Shown one piece after another: positions 36,271 through 44,148 of a DNA stretch of 64,000 nt. The position numbers were made by a program, and so were the translations under genes. Source of the stretch: Thermoanaerobaculaceae bacterium (GTDB lineage: Bacteria > Acidobacteriota > Thermoanaerobaculia > Thermoanaerobaculales > Thermoanaerobaculaceae); the NCBI GenBank assembly GCA_050018455.1, contig JBEKAA010000013.1, forward strand, positions 14 to 64,013. The letters run 5' to 3'. A model generated the notes under the pieces. The model did no database searches and was not told the DNA's origin. It was given only the letters and a program-made list of their open reading frames with translations. Each line of letters starts with the position of its first letter. Position 1 is the stretch's first letter.

Positions 36271-37503
36271 ATGCGCCAGAGGGCACCGTCTGTCAAGGAG
36301 CAAATGGATCTGCTGCTCAAGGGCTGCGTCGATGTCGTGCGGCCCGAGGACCTGGAAGCCCGGCTGACCGCGGCTGGCGGCGCCGGGCGTTCGCTCACGG
36401 TCAAGGTGGGCTTTGATCCGTCGGCGCCCGACCTTCACCTCGGCCACACCGTCGTCATCCGCAAGATGAGGCACTTCCAGCAGCTCGGCCACCGCGTGGT
36501 GTTTCTGATCGGCGATTTCACCGGCTTGATCGGCGATCCCACCGGCAAGAAGGCCACGCGCCCCCAGCTCACCCGGGAGCAGGTGGCGGCCAACGCGGAG
36601 ACGTACAAGCGCCAGATCTTCAAGCTCCTGGATCCCAGTACCACCGTGATCGATTTCAACGCCCGCTGGCTGGGGGCCCTTTCGAGCGAAGACTGGATCC
36701 GCCTGACGGCCAGGGTGACGCTGGCTCAGATGCTCGAGCGCGACGACTTCTCCAGACGTCTCGAATCCGGCGAACCGATCTCGCTCCACGAGCTTCTCTA
36801 CCCGGTCGCCCAGGCGTACGACTCGGTGGTGCTCAAGGCGGATGTCGAGTTGGGCGGCACCGACCAGCTCTTCAACCTGCTCGTGGGTCGCGACCTGATG
36901 GGGAAGCTCGGCCTCCCGCCACAGATCGTGATGACGTTGCCGCTGCTCGAGGGGCTCGACGGCGTCGAGAAGATGTCCAAGTCGCTCGGCAACTACGTGG
37001 CCGTCGAAGACCCGCCCGAGGATATGTTCGGAAAGCTGATGTCCGTCTCCGACACGCTGATGTGGCGGTACTGGACCCTGTGCACCGACCGCACGCCGGC
37101 CGAGATCGACGGGCTGAAGAGCTCCGTTTCGTCCGGCGCACGACACCCGATGGACGTCAAGTTCGACCTGGCGCGCCAGATCACGGCGGACCTCCATGGA
37201 GCCGCCTCGGCCGGCTCGGCCGAGACGCACTTCCGGGCGGTCCATCAGCGGCGTGAGATCCCGGACGAGGTCGCCGAGGTGACCGTGGCGAGCTCTCCCG
37301 ACGCGGTCCAGCTCGTGAAGGTCCTGGTAATGGCGGACCTCGCGCCGACCAACGCAGAGGCCCGTCGCCTCGTGCAGCAGGGCGGCGTGAGGATCGACGG
37401 TCAAACGGTCCGCGATCCGTTCGCTACGCTCCCCGCGACGCGCGGAATGTCCTGCCTCGTTCAGGTGGGCAAGCGGCGCTTCGCCCGGGTCATGTTCGAC
37501 TAG
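36271..37503 (+). CDS. tyrS: Tyrosyl-tRNA synthetase
   Basis: HIGH-type PDLHLGH, KMSKS (EKMSKSLGN) and a C-terminal S4-like domain. GGGAGGG SD ahead of ATG 36271. Confidence 0.9.
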   Translation: MRQRAPSVKEQMDLLLKGCVDVVRPEDLEARLTAAGGAGRSLTVKVGFDPSAPDLHLGHTVVIRKMRHFQQLGHRVVFLIGDFTGLIGDPTGKKATRPQLTREQVAANAETYKRQIFKLLDPSTTVIDFNARWLGALSSEDWIRLTARVTLAQMLERDDFSRRLESGEPISLHELLYPVAQAYDSVVLKADVELGGTDQLFNLLVGRDLMGKLGLPPQIVMTLPLLEGLDGVEKMSKSLGNYVAVEDPPEDMFGKLMSVSDTLMWRYWTLCTDRTPAEIDGLKSSVSSGARHPMDVKFDLARQITADLHGAASAGSAETHFRAVHQRREIPDEVAEVTVASSPDAVQLVKVLVMADLAPTNAEARRLVQQGGVRIDGQTVRDPFATLPATRGMSCLVQVGKRRFARVMFD

Positions 37504-38045
37504 ACAGCTTTCGACCCTGCGGCAACTGCCAGCAGGCACACCTCCGCACAAAGGTCACAACGGGCGCCGGGCGGGCAGTCCGCGGTCGCCCCGCGAAAGG
37601 CCGCGACGAACTTGCGCGCCTCGGGTCGGTTCGAACGCAGGAACCTGACCAACCGAACCAGGGCCGCGCCCGTCTCCTCCGAGAGGAGATGCTCGACCTT
37701 GCAGGCATCGAGCTCGGCGGTGGCGTGACGAACTCCCATCACCTCACGCAAGAAGACCAGCAGGATCTCCCGCTTGCTCGCGACACGGGCGACCAGGTCG
37801 GCGCCCGGGCGCGTCAGGGAAAGCCGCTGCCGGCTGTCCAGTTTGACCAGGCCATGCTCCTGGAGCGTGCGGAGCTGGAGCGATGCCGCGGCGCGGGTGA
37901 CCGCCAGTTGCCGGGCCACGTCCGCTGCGCGCGGGGCCGGGCCGGACTTCGCCAGCGATGCGATGGCGAGCAGGTAGTGCGCCCCGGAGTGGGTGATCTC
38001 GTTGTCCTCGAAGGCGCGCCAGACGGGCAGAGTCGCGCTCGCCAT
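37500..38045 (-). CDS. DtxR-family-like regulator with a Cys-rich C-terminal tail
   Basis: wHTH (SGAHYLLAIASL...VARQLAVTRAAASLQLRTLQEHGLV) and DtxR-like dimerisation helix (ELDACKVEHLLS). The C-terminus DCPPGARCDLCAEVC replaces the SH3-like domain. Confidence 0.55.
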   Translation of the reverse strand: MASATLPVWRAFEDNEITHSGAHYLLAIASLAKSGPAPRAADVARQLAVTRAAASLQLRTLQEHGLVKLDSRQRLSLTRPGADLVARVASKREILLVFLREVMGVRHATAELDACKVEHLLSEETGAALVRLVRFLRSNRPEARKFVAAFRGATADCPPGARCDLCAEVCLLAVAAGSKAV

Positions 38046-38048
38046 CGC

Positions 38049-38747
38049 TCACCACTCCACGAGGGGACGCAGGTAGATACCGTCGGCGATCTCGTCCTCG
38101 AGCGCCAGGAGTGTCCGGTCTACCTCGACCACCAGGGAAGGTTTGCGCTGTCGCAAGGTGAGGACGGCTCCGGGCGTGACTCCGAGATCCGCCAGTTGAT
38201 CCAGCCTGTCGCGGTGGCGCGGTGCCATGAGGACCACCCGGCCGCGCTCGCCGGGCGTCAGGTCGATCAACCGGCAGATGAGCGACGGGACGCGCCGCGA
38301 CAGCAGCGCGCAGCACGCTCCGGGCGGGATCGCTCGACCGTGAGGGCACACCGGCGGATGGCCGAGGAACGAACACACGGCTTCGGTCACCTGTGGCGAC
38401 AGCTCGTGCTCGATGCGGCACGCTTCGCTCTCGGTCGTCTCCATCGAGAGCTCGAAGATCTGGTGAAACAGCACCTCGGCCAGTCGATGCCGCCGCACGA
38501 CTTCCCGCGCCTCGTTCTTGCCGGTCTCGGTGAGGCAGAGGTGGCCGTCATCGAGCCTGACCCACCCCAGCTCGACAAGCTCCTGGGTGACGCCGCCCCA
38601 CCCGTCGCCGGGCCCGGCGTGAATCGTCTCCGCGAGAGCCCCCAGTGTGAGCACGGTGCCGCTCTCTTGGGACGTCCACAGTTCTTCCAGCACCTCTTCC
38701 CGGGCGACCGCAGGCAGTTGCGGTGCGAATCCACGCTCCTCGCTCAT
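38049..38747 (-). CDS. DtxR/IdeR-family metal-dependent regulator with C-terminal SH3-like (FeoA-type) domain
   Basis: RRHRLAEVLF...ESEACRIEHELS matches the DtxR metal-site region. The C-terminal LTPGERGRVVLM...LGVTPGAVLTLR is FeoA/SH3-like. ATG 38747 overlaps the upstream stop (ATGA). Confidence 0.8.
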   Translation of the reverse strand: MSEERGFAPQLPAVAREEVLEELWTSQESGTVLTLGALAETIHAGPGDGWGGVTQELVELGWVRLDDGHLCLTETGKNEAREVVRRHRLAEVLFHQIFELSMETTESEACRIEHELSPQVTEAVCSFLGHPPVCPHGRAIPPGACCALLSRRVPSLICRLIDLTPGERGRVVLMAPRHRDRLDQLADLGVTPGAVLTLRQRKPSLVVEVDRTLLALEDEIADGIYLRPLVEW

Positions 38748-38956
38748 GCGCGCCTTTCCTTGAACAACCGTCCGAGCCAATCGACAATCGCGGACCGCTC
38801 CACGAAACGGTAGTGGCAGTGGGGGCAGCAGAGGGTCCGGCAGTTATCGCCCAGTGGGCACCCGCTTGGGCACGCCTCCCGCCCGGGGAAGCGCCCGCCG
38901 CAGAGCGGGCACTGGACCCGCGTGGCTTCGCCCGCACCGGTGCCGGTCGCGCTCAC
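38744..38956 (-). CDS. Small Cys-rich (zinc-ribbon-like) protein coupled to feoB
   Basis: 70 aa with nine Cys (CPLC, CPSGC, C, CCPHC). 4-nt overlap with the feoB stop. Confidence 0.55.
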   Translation of the reverse strand: MSATGTGAGEATRVQCPLCGGRFPGREACPSGCPLGDNCRTLCCPHCHYRFVERSAIVDWLGRLFKERRA

Positions 38957-40926
38957 AGGTGGACCCCGGCAGCACGCAGCGCCCAGTTGAGCACCGCGCC
39001 CACGGTAAAGGCGAACGGCACGATGAACGCGATCATGGCAGCCGCCGCTTTCAACCCGCGCTCCTTGATCATCACGAAGACGTTCGCGATGCAGGGGACG
39101 AACAGGGTGATCACGACGAGAGCGACCAGCGACTGGATCCCGTCGAGCTGGCCGTGCTGCCGCAGGAGGAAGAACCCCGCCGCCCCGTAGTCACGCCGGA
39201 GGAAGCCCACGACGAATGAATCCGCGGCCTGAGGCGGAAGCCCTAGGAGGCCAACTACCAGCGGACGTGAAAGCATCTCCAGACGCGAGAGCGCGCCGGT
39301 GGCGTCAAGGACGTACAGCACGAGCGTCCCGAGCACGAAGAGGGGCACGGCTTCCTTGAGGTACCACTCGGTGCGGGCTGCTGTCTTGATCAGGATGTTC
39401 CCCAGGCTCGGAACCCGGATCGGAGGAACCTCGAGGAGAAAGTCGGAGCTCCGCCCCGGCATCAGCCTCGACGCCGCCCAACCCACGCCGAAGATCGTTG
39501 CAGCGACCACGCCGCCCCAGATAAAGGTCCCGAGGGGGGCCATCGAGCCGAGCAATGCGAGCACCACCGCGAGCTGGGCCGAGCACGGCACACCCAGGGC
39601 CAGGAGGAGCATCACCAGCGCGCGCTCCCTGCGCGTGGCGAGGATCCGGGTGGTCAGCGTTGCCATCGTGTCGCAGCCGAGACCGAGGATCATCGGCAGG
39701 ACGGCCTTACCGTTCAGCCCCATGGTGCGGAAGATTCGATTGACCATGACGGCCAGGCGCGGCAGATACCCCGAATCCTCCAGGACGCCGAAGAACACGA
39801 AGAACGTTCCCACCACGGGGAGGACGATGGCGATAGCGTAGGTCAACGCCATGGTGACGATTCCGTACTGGCCCACGAGCAGATCACGCAGCCAGCCCCA
39901 GGGAATGAAGCGCTGCGAGAGCGCGGTGGCCGCCGGGTTGATCAGCTTTCCGAACAGGCCATTCTCGGTCAACCGGACCAGCGTTCCGGCACCGAAGACG
40001 CCCACGAACTCGTACGCCACGAGCAGCACGCCCGCGAGGACGGGGACGCCCCAGACGGGGTGCATCGACAGCGCACCGAGCCGGTCTCGCATCGAGCCGG
40101 CCCGGGGACGCTTGACGTGGAACACCGCCCGGAGGAGCTCGGAAACGGCACGATGGCGAGCCCGCGAGATCGCGACGGCGGTGCTGCAGCCCAGAGAGCG
40201 CTCGAGCTCCGCCCGAAGCCTCTCGACGAGGCTCATATCCTGTTCCGTCAGGTGCCTGCGCGCCCACTCCGCGAGGGTTCGATCACCGGCCAGCAACATC
40301 AAGGCCACGCCGCGCCGCGCACGCCCGAACTCGACCGGAAGCGCCGCGGCGACCTCCAGTGCCGCCTGCTCGATCGCGGCCGGGTACGTACTCAGGAACT
40401 GCGCCTGAGCCGCCTCGTCGATCCGATGGCGAATGGCGTCGAGCCCCGCGTTTCGCGTCGCGGTCGCCGGGATGACCGGGATCCCGAGACGGCGCTCCAG
40501 TTCGACGGACTCGACGCGCACGCCGAGATCTTGTGCCTCGTCCTGAAGGTTCAGCACCAGCACCTGACGCCGCGCGAGCTCCGCAAGCTGGGTCGTGAGG
40601 TACAGCACGCGCCGCAAGTTCTTCGTGTCGCCCACCTGCAGGACGACCGCGTCCGGCTCGGCGAGCAGGATGTCCCGGGTGACCTGTTCGTCCTCCGATT
40701 GCGGCGTGAGCGAGTTCGTTCCGGGTGTGTCGATCAGTTCGGGCACCCCAGCCAGGAGACGCGCGCGTCCACGCGTGATCTCGACCGTCGTCCCCGGGTA
40801 ATTCGAGACCGTCACGTACGTCTTCGTCAGCGCCCCGAAGATGACACTCTTGCCGACGTTCGGATTCCCCACGAGCAACACCGGAGGAGGCTCATAGTGA
40901 GCGGCGGAGTCGGGGGCCGAGGTCAT
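38953..40926 (-). CDS. feoB: Ferrous iron transporter FeoB
   Basis: N-terminal G domain (LVGNPNVGKSVIF, DTPG) followed by a polytopic permease domain. 657 aa. Confidence 0.95.
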   Translation of the reverse strand: MTSAPDSAAHYEPPPVLLVGNPNVGKSVIFGALTKTYVTVSNYPGTTVEITRGRARLLAGVPELIDTPGTNSLTPQSEDEQVTRDILLAEPDAVVLQVGDTKNLRRVLYLTTQLAELARRQVLVLNLQDEAQDLGVRVESVELERRLGIPVIPATATRNAGLDAIRHRIDEAAQAQFLSTYPAAIEQAALEVAAALPVEFGRARRGVALMLLAGDRTLAEWARRHLTEQDMSLVERLRAELERSLGCSTAVAISRARHRAVSELLRAVFHVKRPRAGSMRDRLGALSMHPVWGVPVLAGVLLVAYEFVGVFGAGTLVRLTENGLFGKLINPAATALSQRFIPWGWLRDLLVGQYGIVTMALTYAIAIVLPVVGTFFVFFGVLEDSGYLPRLAVMVNRIFRTMGLNGKAVLPMILGLGCDTMATLTTRILATRRERALVMLLLALGVPCSAQLAVVLALLGSMAPLGTFIWGGVVAATIFGVGWAASRLMPGRSSDFLLEVPPIRVPSLGNILIKTAARTEWYLKEAVPLFVLGTLVLYVLDATGALSRLEMLSRPLVVGLLGLPPQAADSFVVGFLRRDYGAAGFFLLRQHGQLDGIQSLVALVVITLFVPCIANVFVMIKERGLKAAAAMIAFIVPFAFTVGAVLNWALRAAGVHL

Positions 40927-40965
40927 GACCTGCGAAGCACGAAAAGGCGCGACGTCATCGCGGGC

Positions 40966-41006
40966 ATGCTACGGCTGCCGGAGCAACCTGTCAAGTATAC
41001 TTAACA
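40966..41006 (-). promoter_or_regulatory. Putative feoB promoter (TTGACA-17-TAGCAT) with an overlapping 18-bp palindromic operator
   Basis: On the minus strand, -35 is 40994..40989 and -10 is 40971..40966. Palindrome TGTTAAGTATACTTGACA (41006..40989) has one mismatch and a perfect core AAGTATACTT. Confidence 0.5.
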
Positions 41007-41052
41007 ACCGCTTTTGCGGAATGTAGGCTCGGCCGGGGCGCCGCGCCTCGCG

Positions 41053-41487
41053 TCACTCGCTCTTCTGGCACTCGGCGCAGAGCCCTTGAATCTGCAGGCT
41101 GTAGAAGCTCGGCCGGAAGCTGTGTTCGAGGCACACGTCGCGCTGTCGCTCGTCGAGATCGGAGTCGTAGAACTCGATGATGCGGCCGCACCCGGTGCAC
41201 ACCATGTGGTCGTGGCGCTTGCCGGGAGTCACCCGCTCATAGACGTAGTGCTCGCGCCCGAGGCGCGACTTGCGAGCCAGACCGCACTGGACCAGGAGGT
41301 CGAGGGTGCGGTAGATCGTCGCACGCGAGACGCGCTTGCCCTGATTGCGGAGCTGGAAGAGAAGGGAGTCGGCGTCGAGGTGACCACTCGAGTTGAAGAG
41401 CTCTTCGAGGAGCATGAGTCGCTCCTTGGTCACCTTGAGGTTGTTGTCACGCAGGTACTGTACGAAGAACTTCTCCGCTCGCTTCAT
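41053..41487 (-). CDS. fur: Fur-family transcriptional regulator
   Basis: 144 aa. SRATIYRTLDLLVQCGL wHTH, HDHMVCTGCG and a C-terminal CAEC. Confidence 0.9.
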   Translation of the reverse strand: MKRAEKFFVQYLRDNNLKVTKERLMLLEELFNSSGHLDADSLLFQLRNQGKRVSRATIYRTLDLLVQCGLARKSRLGREHYVYERVTPGKRHDHMVCTGCGRIIEFYDSDLDERQRDVCLEHSFRPSFYSLQIQGLCAECQKSE

Positions 41488-41552
41488 CGTGGCCTCCGGT
41501 GCAGCGTCTCAATTTCACCCAGACGCCACGCTAAACGGTTCTGAGTCTGGTG

Positions 41553-41912
41553 TCAAGTGGTGGGCTCGTGGGCGCTGTCTCCTCGCGCCATGTGCACGAC
41601 ACCTTCGAGGATCCCGCCTTCGTCGACCACGAGCGAAGGTGCGAAGATCTCAGCGAACACCTTCCCGGTCGCGTGGATCACCACTCGCTCTTTCACGCGA
41701 ACGGTCCCTCGCACCGTTCCGGCCACGACCAGTCTCCCCACGGCGATCTCGCCCTCTACGACACCACCCTCCCCGACGAGAAGCTCCTGCTCACTCGAAA
41801 CCTTGCCGCTGACCTGCCCGTGGACCCTCAGGAGGTCGGAGAAGACCACGTCCCCTTCGATCGTGCACCCCTGGTCCAGAAACCCGTTGAGCGTTGTCTG
41901 CCCCTTTTTCAT
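41553..41912 (-). CDS. Bactofilin (DUF583 polymer-forming protein)
   Basis: 119 aa of repeating G-x-V/I beta-helix windings (IEGDVVF, VHGQVSGKV, VEGEIAVGRLVVAGTVRGTV). The start overlaps the parB stop (ATGA). Confidence 0.85.
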   Translation of the reverse strand: MKKGQTTLNGFLDQGCTIEGDVVFSDLLRVHGQVSGKVSSEQELLVGEGGVVEGEIAVGRLVVAGTVRGTVRVKERVVIHATGKVFAEIFAPSLVVDEGGILEGVVHMARGDSAHEPTT

Positions 41913-42748
41913 GGTGTCCCCCGGGTGAGCGTGCGGAATACTCGGATGAGGTCGTCCTCACTCTGGCACAACAGCCGGACTTCACTTCCCCGGCCGCGTC
42001 TCTTGATTTCGACCCGCACCCCGAGGACCAGCGAGAGACGGTCCTCGGCTTCCTGCGTCTCGGGGTCAGGCACGCTGCGACCGCGCCGAGGCCGCTTCTG
42101 GAGGTGACGCTCGAGCTCCCGAACGCTCCACCCTCCGTGCAGGCATCGCCTGGCGAGCTCAATCTGTCGATCGCTCCCGTCCACGCCGGCGAGAGCGCGA
42201 GCATGTCCCGCGGAGAGGGCCCCGGCGTCCACGGTCTCCTGGACCTCGAGTGGCAACTGGAGCAAGCGCAAGGCGTTGGCTACCGTGGAACGGTCCTTCC
42301 CGACACGGCTCGCGATCTCTTCCTGGCTGAGTGCCGCCTCGGTCCGAAGGTGGTGGTACGCGCGCGCCTCTTCGATCGGAGTCAGATCTTCTCGTTGCAG
42401 GTTCTCGATCAGGGCGAGCGTCAACCTGTCCGCGTCCCCGAGATCCTCCCGCAACACGACCGGGATACGCTCGAGCCCGGCGAGCTTGGCGGCTCGCCAC
42501 CGCCGTTCCCCTGCGATCAGGTGATAGCCGCCACCGGCAGCCCGGCACACCACCACCGGCTGCAGGAGGCCGTGCGTCCGAATCGAGGCGACCAGCTCCT
42601 CGAGCGCTCCCTCTGCGAATTGACGCCGCGGCTGCAGCGGGTTCGGCTCGATCTCTCCGATCGGGACGTCCGTCCCGGTACCCGGCCTGAAATGGGGGCC
42701 CTCCGGAATCAGTGCGGCAATTCCCTTACCCAACGCGGATCGCTTCAT
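41909..42748 (-). CDS. parB: Chromosome partitioning protein ParB
   Basis: LGKGIAALIP, IAGERRWRAAKLAG and an HTH (SQEEIASRVGKDRSTVANALRLL). Confidence 0.9.
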   Translation of the reverse strand: MKRSALGKGIAALIPEGPHFRPGTGTDVPIGEIEPNPLQPRRQFAEGALEELVASIRTHGLLQPVVVCRAAGGGYHLIAGERRWRAAKLAGLERIPVVLREDLGDADRLTLALIENLQREDLTPIEEARAYHHLRTEAALSQEEIASRVGKDRSTVANALRLLQLPLEVQETVDAGALSAGHARALAGVDGSDRQIELARRCLHGGWSVRELERHLQKRPRRGRSVPDPETQEAEDRLSLVLGVRVEIKRRGRGSEVRLLCQSEDDLIRVFRTLTRGTP

Positions 42749-43514
42749 TGGGCCTCCGCCGGCGCAGCAACTCCTCCGCCAGGCCGAGGTACGCCTGCGC
42801 GCCCCGGCTCCGGATGTCGTACTCCAGAATCGTCTGGCCGAACGACGGCGCCTCCGCCACGCGCACGTTCCGAGGGATGATCGTCTGGAATACCAGATCC
42901 CCGAAGAAGCGCCGGACTTCGTCGACCACCTGGTGCGAGAGGCTCACCCGCTCGTCGTAGAGGGTCAGCACCGCGCCTTCCACCTCAAGGGTCGGGTTCC
43001 ACGCCGCGCGCACACGATCGAGGGTCCTCATCAGCTCGCTGACGCCCTCCAGCGCGAAGTACTCGCACTGGATCGGGACCAACACCGAATCCGCGGCGGT
43101 GAGGGCGTTCAACGTGAGGAGGCCGAGCGACGGAGGGCAGTCGATCAGGATCCACTGGTGCTCGGTCGGCGACTCGGCAAGCGCCTGGCGGAGCTTCTCA
43201 GCCCAGTGGGAGTCCTCGAGGAGCTCGACCTCGGCGCCCACGAGATCTCGCCGGGCCGGCAGCAGCTCAAGACCCGGGAAGCGCGTCGGAACCTTGGCTT
43301 CGCGCAACGGCACCAACCCCTCGAGAACCTCATAGGAGGTGCTCCCTTTCCCCTCCCATCCCAGCCCGGACGTGCAGTTGGACTGCGGGTCCAGATCGAG
43401 CACCAGGACGCTCTGCTCCAACGCAGCGAGCGCCGCTCCGAGGTTCATCACGGTGGTCGTCTTGCCAACCCCGCCCTTCTGGTTGGCAACTGCCACAACC
43501 CGTTGATTCTTCAC
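42726..43514 (-). CDS. parA: Chromosome partitioning ATPase ParA (Soj)
   Basis: Deviant Walker A VANQKGGVGKTTT. GTG 43514 chosen (GGGAGA upstream) because the ORF-track ATG 43574 would overlap rsmG. Confidence 0.9.
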   Translation of the reverse strand: MKNQRVVAVANQKGGVGKTTTVMNLGAALAALEQSVLVLDLDPQSNCTSGLGWEGKGSTSYEVLEGLVPLREAKVPTRFPGLELLPARRDLVGAEVELLEDSHWAEKLRQALAESPTEHQWILIDCPPSLGLLTLNALTAADSVLVPIQCEYFALEGVSELMRTLDRVRAAWNPTLEVEGAVLTLYDERVSLSHQVVDEVRRFFGDLVFQTIIPRNVRVAEAPSFGQTILEYDIRSRGAQAYLGLAEELLRRRRPNEAIRVG

Positions 43515-43526
43515 TCTTTCTCCCGA

Positions 43527-43542
43527 TGTTTCACGTGGAACA
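43527..43542. promoter_or_regulatory. parS-like site TGTTTCACGTGGAACA
   Basis: 15/16 match to consensus TGTTTCACGTGAAACA. Lies 13 nt upstream of the parA GTG and overlaps the rsmG stop. Confidence 0.7.
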
Positions 43543-44148
43543 TCGCCGCCAGACCGCGAGCACGCCACGCTCACTGCCGGGCAGCGTGAAGGTTAGCACA
43601 TGGCCTTCGGTCACACGGTTGCTCAGCTCCGCCGCCCTGGTCTCGCTGGTCCACCACAGCCAGCTGCCACCCTCGCGCAGTAGCCGCGCCGTTTCCGGCA
43701 GCCACGTCTTCATCTCCACGCCGCGGACCGTCCCAAGCTCGTAGCCGCTCCCTGGATGCTCGGCGACCCGCTCTCGACGAACCTCCGCGTCGAGCCCGAG
43801 CTCCCGGACCGCCTCTTTCAGGAAAGCCCACCGTCGTTCGCGGGGTTCCAGGAGCACGCCATGAAGGCCCGGCCGGGCGATCAGCAGTGGCACCGCGGGG
43901 AAACCGTTCCCGCTCCCGATGTCGAGCAGCGTTCCGCCCTCCCCCACCCAGGGCAGCGCCGCCAGCGCCTCCCGCACGAGAGAACCGAGCACTGTGTCGG
44001 GCCTGGCTCCCGCGAAGAGGTCGACCGCGCTGCCCCACCGTGTGAGGAGTTCGAGGAAGCGCGCCATCCGGTCGGCGGCGTCCGTGTCGATTCCCAGATC
44101 CTGCAACGGCTCTGCCCACTCTCCGCCGCCGCGTTCGTCGCTGCTCAT
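43531..44148 (-). CDS. rsmG: 16S rRNA (guanine527-N7)-methyltransferase RsmG (GidB)
   Basis: 205 aa with SAM motif LLDIGSGNGFPAVPL. The start overlaps the yidC stop (ATGA). Confidence 0.85.
   Translation of the reverse strand: MSSDERGGGEWAEPLQDLGIDTDAADRMARFLELLTRWGSAVDLFAGARPDTVLGSLVREALAALPWVGEGGTLLDIGSGNGFPAVPLLIARPGLHGVLLEPRERRWAFLKEAVRELGLDAEVRRERVAEHPGSGYELGTVRGVEMKTWLPETARLLREGGSWLWWTSETRAAELSNRVTEGHVLTFTLPGSERGVLAVWRRCST

Noticed and set aside
38049-38747. Calling the C-terminal domain of the DtxR-like protein a FeoA fusion that replaces feoA
   Set aside because: An SH3-like, FeoA-type third domain is a normal part of full-length DtxR/IdeR regulators, so by itself it is not a novel fusion. 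The absence of a separate feoA is still noted as a finding.
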